The position numbers and the translations under genes were made by a program. From sequence record MN988522.1: a stretch of DNA of 24,000 bases. One strand, 5' to 3'. The notes below the pieces were generated by a model that saw only the letters and a list, made by a program, of their open reading frames with translations, was not told the origin of the DNA and did not search any database. This DNA is from Rhizobium phage RHph_TM40. Shown piece after piece: positions 1-6,915 of the stretch (positions are counted from its first letter, which is position 1; each line of letters starts with the position of its first letter).

Positions 1-2
1 AT

Positions 3-806
3 AAGTATCAAGACAAATATAATGAGAATATAGATAATAGACCCTTGCGACTGGTCTCTGTTATCGATACTGAAACGACTGGTCTAGATTCTAAGAAAGA
101 CTCTATTATAAATCTCGGAATAGTGAACATCGAAGTTGATGACGATGGTAATATCTATCGAGTAGTGGAAGGCTATAATGGATTTGAGCAACCTCGCTAT
201 CCTATCCCTCCACACATTACAGATATCACAGGAATCACCGATGATCTAGTCAAAGGTCATAAATTTGATTATGACAAAGTGAATAAAATGTTGGACGCAT
301 CGGATCTTGTCATTGCTCACAATGCTGGATTCGATCGTCCATTCGTAGACGATAAGTTTACATCATCTACAGAGAAGATATGGGCATGTTCCTTAGAAGA
401 TGTTCCATGGAAAGCTTATAATTTTGGTAGTAAGCGATTAATTGATATTGCAATCCACTTTGGATTCTACTATAATGCCCATCGTGCAATCAGTGACGTA
501 ATGGCTCTTGTTCATATCTTGAGTAAGAAGCTGGACGGTACCACGATGATGAGCCATATGCTCGATTCTATAAGTAAATCGTACGTGATGATCTATGCAC
601 TAGAAGCTCCGTTCGAAACAAAGGATCTGTTGAAGGCTAAGAGATATAAATGGGATTTTGTCAGAAAGTCCTGGTACAAGATTGTACCTACATCGGTATC
701 TATGTTTGAGAAAGAATTTCTTGAAAGAGAGATCTACGATGGATCTCCGAGATATCAAATCACACCATTACCTCGAAATACGGTATATAGTACTCTGGTC
801 AAATAA
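3..806 (+). CDS. DnaQ-like 3'-5' exonuclease (DEDD family), possibly 5'-truncated by window start
   Basis: Exo I motif 'SVIDTETTGL', 'IAHNAGFDRPF' (Exo II region) and 'HRAISDVMALVHIL' (Exo III-like H-x4-D). The C-terminal 'KAKRYKWDFVRKSWYKIV' module is common in phage exonucleases. The frame is open from base 3, so the listed TTG start at 45 may not be the real start. Confidence 0.85.
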   Translation, partial: KYQDKYNENIDNRPLRLVSVIDTETTGLDSKKDSIINLGIVNIEVDDDGNIYRVVEGYNGFEQPRYPIPPHITDITGITDDLVKGHKFDYDKVNKMLDASDLVIAHNAGFDRPFVDDKFTSSTEKIWACSLEDVPWKAYNFGSKRLIDIAIHFGFYYNAHRAISDVMALVHILSKKLDGTTMMSHMLDSISKSYVMIYALEAPFETKDLLKAKRYKWDFVRKSWYKIVPTSVSMFEKEFLEREIYDGSPRYQITPLPRNTVYSTLVK

Positions 807-1261
807 TGAAGAAGAATGTATTAGTAGGATTAGATCATAGGATCCTTACAGGTCTAGATAATCTTGTCCTACTCTTATGCACCAGACTACAAATCAAGAA
901 AATCCATCTTCAGAGACTTCTGGTTTGTATTTATTGTGTCTTATTGCATAAAATTGGATTTTCTGTCATAGGCATCCTTGTTCTACAAGGTCTACAAGAA
1001 TTGTCCCTGTTAAATATGGGGACGAAATCATACAACAATTACATCGAAGGAACTCGATTTGAGCCATTCAATATTTATGTCAGGCTCATCTCCTTCCTAT
1101 TCTGTATATATTATACTGCATATTCATTCGCTCTTCATGAGATCACTACAATTAATGTACTTCAGAAGATTATTCTGGAAGTGTACGTGTATAGTGTATT
1201 CTGTCGAGACTACAACGGTACGACGCAAGTAGAGTACTGGGACGAGACGAAGTTCGCCTGA
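806..1261 (+). CDS. Hypothetical protein with several hydrophobic stretches (possible membrane protein)
   Basis: 151-codon ORF overlapping the upstream stop as TAATG. Hydrophobic segments present. No recognisable family and a weak RBS. Confidence 0.45.
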   Translation: MKKNVLVGLDHRILTGLDNLVLLLCTRLQIKKIHLQRLLVCIYCVLLHKIGFSVIGILVLQGLQELSLLNMGTKSYNNYIEGTRFEPFNIYVRLISFLFCIYYTAYSFALHEITTINVLQKIILEVYVYSVFCRDYNGTTQVEYWDETKFA

Positions 1262-1272
1262 ATAAGCCTTCT
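1247..1272 (+). promoter_or_regulatory. Copy A of bipartite element (A/G)CGAA-N14-GCCTTC(C/T)
   Basis: ACGAA (1247-1251), 14 nt, GCCTTCT (1266-1272). Same boxes and spacing as four other copies in the window. Confidence 0.55.
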
Positions 1273-1338
1273 CTTCTTAGAGAATCAAGAATTTTCTACT
1301 TAGATATAAATTTAATTTAACATAACATTAGGTATAAA

Positions 1339-1794
1339 ATGCCTCTACTATTCAGAGAAAATATCTGGAGAGTCGATCTTCAACTTAATCGCAATATTCT
1401 ATTCCTTTTTGGTGACAATGAGGCTAGATATGGCTTAGGTGGTCAAGCTAGAGAGTGCAGAGGAGAGCCTAACGCTGTAGGCGTCAGAACTAAGAAGAAA
1501 CCTTCTCGAGATAATGACGCTTACTGGTCTGATAATAAGTACGATAAATATGTTGAAATGATCGATGAAGATTTTAAACGTGCATTCGATCATATCTTAG
1601 CAGGAGGTACAGTAGTCTGTCCTATGGCTAAGCTAGGATCTGGTATGTCTGAGCTCCCTACAAGAGCACCTAAACTTTATCGATATATTGAATATAAAAT
1701 TAGCGAACTCGGTCGTCTGGGCAACATGATCCGAGAAGTCGATACTGAGATTAGTGATAGATACCTTGCTCAGAAGGGTATCTTGAAAACATAA
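1339..1794 (+). CDS. Conserved phage hypothetical with 'LFGDNEARYGLGGQA...GEPNAVG' signature
   Basis: Complete 151-aa ORF. Signature of a widespread phage/bacterial family of uncharacterised proteins (FGDN...GGQA...PNA.G..TKK.PS). Confidence 0.75.
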   Translation: MPLLFRENIWRVDLQLNRNILFLFGDNEARYGLGGQARECRGEPNAVGVRTKKKPSRDNDAYWSDNKYDKYVEMIDEDFKRAFDHILAGGTVVCPMAKLGSGMSELPTRAPKLYRYIEYKISELGRLGNMIREVDTEISDRYLAQKGILKT

Positions 1795-1803
1795 GAGTTC
1801 AAA

Positions 1804-2067
1804 ATGAACAAACTAGGTATTTCATGTTACGAAGTGCTATGGATTGTTATCCAACTATCTCTCATTACCATTAGTATACTTGGTAATGTAAATTGGGATT
1901 GGTTTACAGTTCTAACTCCAGTTTGGACACATCTGTTCTTAACAATGATGACATTCCTATACGTTAGTCGTTATCGTAATTCGTCATTCAGTTACAGAAA
2001 AGATAGATCCTACTTGATGAACAAGTTCTTCAGCATATCTATCAAACTGTTATCCACAGAGAGATAA
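1804..2067 (+). CDS. Small hypothetical protein with N-terminal hydrophobic segments (membrane protein candidate)
   Basis: 87-aa ORF, two hydrophobic stretches, tightly packed between neighbours. Confidence 0.55.
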   Translation: MNKLGISCYEVLWIVIQLSLITISILGNVNWDWFTVLTPVWTHLFLTMMTFLYVSRYRNSSFSYRKDRSYLMNKFFSISIKLLSTER

Positions 2068-2211
2068 ATGAATCTGCAAGTTAAAGAGTGCCAGTCTTCT
2101 TTGACGATTCGGAGAGCTATACAGACGTTAGTCCGGAGATATGAAAATGCTCAGACTTACGTAATGAAGAAATCTGACGACAAAGTAGGCAAAGAATTAG
2201 TAGTCCAATAA
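2068..2211 (+). CDS. Small hypothetical protein (47 aa)
   Basis: ATG directly abuts the preceding TAA. Translates MNLQVKECQSSLTIRRAIQTLVRRYENAQTYVMKKSDDKVGKELVVQ. Fills the gap before 2228. Confidence 0.45.
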   Translation: MNLQVKECQSSLTIRRAIQTLVRRYENAQTYVMKKSDDKVGKELVVQ

Positions 2212-2227
2212 CGGGGTATCGTATAAG

Positions 2228-2473
2228 ATGGCGCATGGGGATGCAGTTGTTCAACTCAAGCCTTTGTCTACTACAGAATCTTTGTCTAGTATCTTGAATC
2301 TTTTGGACGCATCTAGTCGTGTAGAAGATATCAGTAATATGACCGTAGAAGTTTTAGATAAGTGGGCTAATAATTTAGCTGGCTTCGTAGGTCTGAAAGT
2401 GACAAGTGTCACTGAAGACGCAATTGAATTTATTCCAAGTCCTGGACATAGAATTATTTTAGACGTCGCATAA
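2228..2473 (+). CDS. Hypothetical protein (81 aa)
   Basis: ORF immediately upstream of the recombination nuclease gene, consistent packing. Confidence 0.6.
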   Translation: MAHGDAVVQLKPLSTTESLSSILNLLDASSRVEDISNMTVEVLDKWANNLAGFVGLKVTSVTEDAIEFIPSPGHRIILDVA

Positions 2474-2485
2474 TCAGGAAATATT

Positions 2486-5365
2486 ATGAAAGTACTTATT
2501 ACTGGAGACATCCATCTCCATGATTTTAGAGTACACAATCTATTTGGAAATCCCTATTTTAGACTAGGTCAATACAGTAAATTAGCTGATCGACTGGTCC
2601 AAATTATTAAAGAGCATAACGTCGGAGCGATGGCTATTGCTGGAGATTTTCTCCACGTAGCCTCGCCACGTCCATACATTACGAATGCTGCTGGTAAGTT
2701 CCTAGATAAGATTGCTGCTCATGTACCTCTATACGTCACTCATGGTCAACATGACTATGACTCTCGTACGGAGATGAGTTCTGATAATACTCTGTTGAGT
2801 ATGTACAATGGTCGTCCTAATATTAGGTATCTCCATAAAGAGTCTGTCACACTAGACGGTAGAAAGTTCTACTTCCAAGGATGGACTAGTCAACAGGATT
2901 TCTCTCATATCAAGCATGATGAATATGATGTCTTGATTGGTCATGCTACCATTCAAGACTCTATCATTAATCAATATGGGACAACGATGGAACATGGACA
3001 GTCGATCGAGAACGATAAGTTCAAGATCTGCTTCTTTGGTGATATTCATCGACATCAAGTTAAAGGTAATCAAGTTATTCCTGGAGTACCGATTCAGGCT
3101 AACTTCGGTGACCATCCTGATGTAGGAGTGATTATTCTTGATACAGAGACTCTTGAATGGACTCGTGTCAAGACTATTACAGAAGAATTCCCATTCCTAC
3201 GATTCCTTGTTACAGATAAAGTTTTTGACGATCCATATATCGTCACTAAACTACCTGCCAGTAACTCTAATGCTACTAAGCGTGAGAAGTTACATAAATC
3301 GATTGACATCATGGAAGTCATCGACAAGTCCGTACTAGGTGCGGATGTACTTGACATTCATGATTTAGCACTAGCTGCAATCTCTAAGCTTGAATCTGAT
3401 GAAGTTAATCTGAACTTCTCGATCACTTCTCTGAAGATTAGAAATTTCAGATCCATTGATAAGGTCGAGTGGATTCCTAAAGATGGAGTCATGCTGATCA
3501 ATGGTATCAATGGTGCAGGTAAGTCTACACTTATTCGAGCTATTTCGTTTGCTCTCCATGGATCACGTAGTGGCAAGTCACTCGTCCGTAAAGAACAGAC
3601 TGAGATGAGTGTTGATCTTGAATTAACGTACAATGGTATTAACTATCGTATCTACAGAGGTCTCTCTGATGGTAAGGGATGGTTAAACTATTTCATTGAC
3701 TCCAAACAGATCGAGACTGAGAATCAAACTGCGACTAATGATAGAATCTCCAAAGATTTGAAGTTTCTATCGATGTGGCAATTACTGTACCATGTTCAAG
3801 GTAAGCCTAGATTCCTATCAGCATTCAATTATGGATCTCGAGTTGAACTCGTATCCAATGTTGTTGGACTATCAATTGTTGAACGATTGAAGCAAGCTGC
3901 TGAGTCCATTAAGTCTAAGTCAGATAAAGAGTATTCATCTTTGTCAACAGAGACTGATGGTATAAATATGTATCTCGAAACTATGAAGTCTGTCGACTTC
4001 TCGGAGATGCAAAATGACTATAGTGACTTGATAGGATGGGCTGACAGGATCATCAAGGATTTGAATGATCTTATCAATCTTGAAAGAGATCTCGCTAGCG
4101 CTCAAAGTGAAATGAGATCTTCAGAAAATGCTTTATCTCAGTACAAAGATATCGACTTCAGTCGAGCATCTATGGATACTGAACAGATGACTGCTCGTAT
4201 TACTAGTTTGAGTGATACGATCAATTCTAAGAATAAGAGCATCTCTGAGTACGAACGTGAGATCTCTGAAATCCGTAATAAAATGGGTCTCAAACAACAA
4301 GAGATTCAGTCTAAGAAAGTTGACATCTCTTCGATCGAGACTAAAATGCACTCTCTGCAAGCTAGCACATGTTATGCTTGTGATCAGATTGTTGGAGAAG
4401 ACAAAGTCTTTCAAATGAAAGGTCAGTTTGAATCTAGCAAGATGAATATCGAGGAGGTCATCAAGTCTCTTCAGACAGAGATACCGGACCTCCTACAAGC
4501 TGCTACTAAGTACATGGCAGACATCGAGACAGTACGTAAAGATGTCAATGTCTATGTTGAAGAGAAGTCCAGCTTGAGTACAGATCTGTCGAACATTACA
4601 AATCTTCGTAATCAATATGCAAGATTTAATAATGTGAAGGCAGTGCTAAATAAGAATATCGACGATGTAGCTGCACTTAATTCTAAAGTCGATCTTCAGA
4701 AAATTCGAATCAAAGAACGATTCGGCACCATAATCAGTCACGAGAATACATCGAACGATGTCCTAATGAAGACGAGAGAACAACTCGCCATTCTGAAGGA
4801 GAAGCAGTCGAATGTTCAGAGACTGACTGATTTGCATAAAGACATGACTGCTAAGATCGAGAGACTCTCAGCTGTTAAGGTCTTGATGGAAGAAATTGTA
4901 GCTTCCAGATCTAAGTATGACAAGTACATCAGTTTGATGGATCCAAAGGGTATTGTAACGAGATCAGTTCTTACTGCTATCTCTGAACAATTGTCAAATG
5001 ACAAGATTAAGGTCGTTGCTCATAAGACTCTAGCAAATGGTGAGACAAGACCTGACTTTAATCTACTGCTCAATGTCCACGGTAAGTGGATTGAGTACGA
5101 TGAATTGTCAGGTGGTCAGATGATTGTCTGTGATTTATATATTCTTTCTCACTTAATTTCTATCTGTGGAGGAGCAGGATTACTTATCTTCGACGAGACA
5201 TTCGGAGAGCTAGATCCTACAAATCTTGAGTATACTGTTGATATGATCAAGTCGATCAACGTTCAGAACATTCTTATCGTGAGCCATCACGAGGCGTTCC
5301 CGTACTACGATCATCATACAGTAGCGAGACTCCAGGATGGGGTGACCAACTATACATTCTCTTAG
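2486..5365 (+). CDS. Fused Mre11/SbcD-like phosphoesterase and Rad50/SbcC-like ATPase (T4 gp47-gp46 equivalents in one polypeptide)
   Basis: N-terminal metallophosphoesterase motifs (GDIHLHD, GDFLH, THGQHD, GHATI, GDIHRH). Then an SMC-type ATPase: Walker A 'NGINGAGKST', coiled coil, zinc hook 'CYAC', signature 'LSGGQ', Walker B 'LLIFDETFGELD'. RBS AGGA before the ATG. Confidence 0.93.
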   Translation: MKVLITGDIHLHDFRVHNLFGNPYFRLGQYSKLADRLVQIIKEHNVGAMAIAGDFLHVASPRPYITNAAGKFLDKIAAHVPLYVTHGQHDYDSRTEMSSDNTLLSMYNGRPNIRYLHKESVTLDGRKFYFQGWTSQQDFSHIKHDEYDVLIGHATIQDSIINQYGTTMEHGQSIENDKFKICFFGDIHRHQVKGNQVIPGVPIQANFGDHPDVGVIILDTETLEWTRVKTITEEFPFLRFLVTDKVFDDPYIVTKLPASNSNATKREKLHKSIDIMEVIDKSVLGADVLDIHDLALAAISKLESDEVNLNFSITSLKIRNFRSIDKVEWIPKDGVMLINGINGAGKSTLIRAISFALHGSRSGKSLVRKEQTEMSVDLELTYNGINYRIYRGLSDGKGWLNYFIDSKQIETENQTATNDRISKDLKFLSMWQLLYHVQGKPRFLSAFNYGSRVELVSNVVGLSIVERLKQAAESIKSKSDKEYSSLSTETDGINMYLETMKSVDFSEMQNDYSDLIGWADRIIKDLNDLINLERDLASAQSEMRSSENALSQYKDIDFSRASMDTEQMTARITSLSDTINSKNKSISEYEREISEIRNKMGLKQQEIQSKKVDISSIETKMHSLQASTCYACDQIVGEDKVFQMKGQFESSKMNIEEVIKSLQTEIPDLLQAATKYMADIETVRKDVNVYVEEKSSLSTDLSNITNLRNQYARFNNVKAVLNKNIDDVAALNSKVDLQKIRIKERFGTIISHENTSNDVLMKTREQLAILKEKQSNVQRLTDLHKDMTAKIERLSAVKVLMEEIVASRSKYDKYISLMDPKGIVTRSVLTAISEQLSNDKIKVVAHKTLANGETRPDFNLLLNVHGKWIEYDELSGGQMIVCDLYILSHLISICGGAGLLIFDETFGELDPTNLEYTVDMIKSINVQNILIVSHHEAFPYYDHHTVARLQDGVTNYTFS

Positions 5366-5397
5366 ATGTAGAAAAACAAGAGAATGAACAAAGAGTA

Positions 5398-5619
5398 ATG
5401 TCTGATATGTTCAACGAACTAAACATTGAAGTAGCTCAACGAGTTACGGATAACCATATTAATACTGCTATTAAACGTGCATCTGCAGCATGTGCTCCTC
5501 AGTCGAGTTCGAGATTCGATGGTATTCATTGCATCACATGTAATGAAGCTATCCCTGCGAGAAGACTGGAACTTGGACGTATCAGATGTATTGATTGTCA
5601 ATACGATCTGGAAAACTAA
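5398..5619 (+). CDS. DksA/TraR-type C4 zinc-finger protein
   Basis: 'CITCNEAIPARRLELGRIRCIDCQ' matches the CxxCxxxIPxxRL...CxxCQ signature of DksA/TraR. Confidence 0.85.
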   Translation: MSDMFNELNIEVAQRVTDNHINTAIKRASAACAPQSSSRFDGIHCITCNEAIPARRLELGRIRCIDCQYDLEN

Positions 5620-5628
5620 GAGAAGTAA

Positions 5629-6078
5629 ATGTCACTTGTAGCATATAAGAGTAAGCTAAACATTTTCGAGAGATTTCTTAGATATGTAGATAATATCTTC
5701 TATGCTGACGAATACGGAGACAAGAGACCTTCTTCACAGGAGGTCCTTGATCTGAGTAATACGTCTTTAAAAGAGATCATTCTACCTGCCAACATTGTTA
5801 TTAAGTCTCCTGGGAATATCTTTATCAAATCAGAACGACATATTGTTCTTGACTCAGGACATAGAAATGACAACGATGGGAAGGTATGGCTTAATAGCGA
5901 TCAGCTTGTATTTGATATTGATACATTCGATAGCTACGCTTATAGAAAGATTCATGGAGTCATCGATTCTATGGATCATTCGGATTATCATAACGTGAAG
6001 CAAGATGATCATCTTCAGCTTGAGTTTGATTTCTGCAATCATAAGGAGACTTGTGGATGCCAGGAGCAGCACGCTTAG
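5629..6078 (+). CDS. Hypothetical protein, beta-rich central repeat-like region (possible baseplate/needle-associated)
   Basis: 149-aa ORF directly upstream of and overlapping the PAAR gene. 'KEIILPANIVIKSPGNIFIKSERHIVLDSG' is beta-strand-like. Confidence 0.6.
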   Translation: MSLVAYKSKLNIFERFLRYVDNIFYADEYGDKRPSSQEVLDLSNTSLKEIILPANIVIKSPGNIFIKSERHIVLDSGHRNDNDGKVWLNSDQLVFDIDTFDSYAYRKIHGVIDSMDHSDYHNVKQDDHLQLEFDFCNHKETCGCQEQHA

Positions 6079-6350
6079 CTGATATATGTACAGGACATGG
6101 ATGTTGGCCACCTAGAGCTAATTCGAGTGCATCTTCAGATGTATTCATAAATGGTCGAGGAGCTCATCGTCAAGGTGATACATGGTTACCTCATACATGT
6201 CCTGATATACCTGAGACTCATGCATCTGTATTAGCATCAGGGTCAAGTACCGTTTATACTAACGGTAAACAACAAGGTCGAATAGGAGATCCAGTAGCTT
6301 GTGGAAGTACTGTAGCTACTGGATCTGGCAATGTCATAGTTGGTGGATAA
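6057..6350 (+). CDS. PAAR-domain protein (baseplate spike tip)
   Basis: 'MPGAARLADICTGHGCWPPRANSSASSDVFINGRGAHRQGDTW...CPDIPETHASVLASGSSTVYTNGKQQGRIGDPVACGSTVATGSGNVIVGG' has typical PAAR composition. Start chosen at the second ATG (6057); 6051 is also possible. Confidence 0.88.
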   Translation: MPGAARLADICTGHGCWPPRANSSASSDVFINGRGAHRQGDTWLPHTCPDIPETHASVLASGSSTVYTNGKQQGRIGDPVACGSTVATGSGNVIVGG

Positions 6351-6356
6351 TTTATA

Positions 6357-6725
6357 ATGTTAGATGAAGATACGATTTCGATGGCAGGTCTTCAGTCTTC
6401 TACGACGATGGAAATCGTCAAGAAGGTACTGAGAGCTGAAGATGTCGAAACTCGAGATTTGAGAGCAGCTATCATCTCAGTTTATGGTGCTGTTAACCAG
6501 TTGTACGATATGGGTAAGAAGATTACCAATAGTAAGATGACAACTGCTAAGATCCGTAAGGATTTTGAGAGAGCACTGAAAGGCGTCGAGGTAGGATTTA
6601 ATATTCCTATCGAAGTACGTCTACCTAATCACCTTCGAGGTGATACTGACGTCACTGAAGCAGTTAAGTCTGTAGGTGGTGTAATTGATCTGGGACCTGT
6701 AGTAAGTGAGACTAATCTACAGTGA
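6357..6725 (+). CDS. Hypothetical protein (122 aa)
   Basis: ORF with an upstream GGTGGA, ending just before a terminator. Confidence 0.6.
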   Translation: MLDEDTISMAGLQSSTTMEIVKKVLRAEDVETRDLRAAIISVYGAVNQLYDMGKKITNSKMTTAKIRKDFERALKGVEVGFNIPIEVRLPNHLRGDTDVTEAVKSVGGVIDLGPVVSETNLQ

Positions 6726-6734
6726 TCTAATATC

Positions 6735-6777
6735 GCGTAATTCTTCTAAATAAACGGAAGAATTACGCTTTATTTTT
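6735..6777 (+). terminator. Intrinsic terminator
   Basis: Perfect 12-bp stem gcgtaattcttc (6735-6746) / gaagaattacgc (6757-6768), 10-nt loop, followed by TTTATTTTT. Confidence 0.88.
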
Positions 6778-6788
6778 GTCCATATGAA

Positions 6789-6814
6789 GCGAAGGAGCGT
6801 CCCTTAAGCCTTCC
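6789..6814 (+). promoter_or_regulatory. Copy B of bipartite element GCGAA-N14-GCCTTCC
   Basis: GCGAA 6789-6793, GCCTTCC 6808-6814. Lies 12 nt after the terminator U-tract and upstream of the VWA gene. Confidence 0.65.
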
Positions 6815-6860
6815 TCTCTCGTAAGACGTTAATTCTAGAAATTCCAATACGGAGTATGTA

Positions 6861-6902
6861 ATGTCTTCTATTAAAAACTCCGATCCTAAAACCATCTCCT
6901 GA
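6861..6902 (+). CDS. Short upstream ORF / possible leader peptide (MSSIKNSDPKTIS)
   Basis: ATG preceded by cGGAGtatgta, 13 codons plus TGA, ending 13 nt before the VWA ATG. Confidence 0.3.
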   Translation: MSSIKNSDPKTIS

Positions 6903-6915
6903 AAGGAAAATTCTC

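Noticed and set aside
658-840. + strand 60-aa ORF overlapping the exonuclease and the next ORF
   Set aside because: Out-of-frame overlap with a confidently identified gene, no independent support.
1303-1313. T4-late-promoter-like TATAAATT (and TATAAATC near 13890)
   Set aside because: Only two imperfect matches in AT-rich sequence, one between co-oriented, closely spaced topoisomerase genes. Insufficient evidence.
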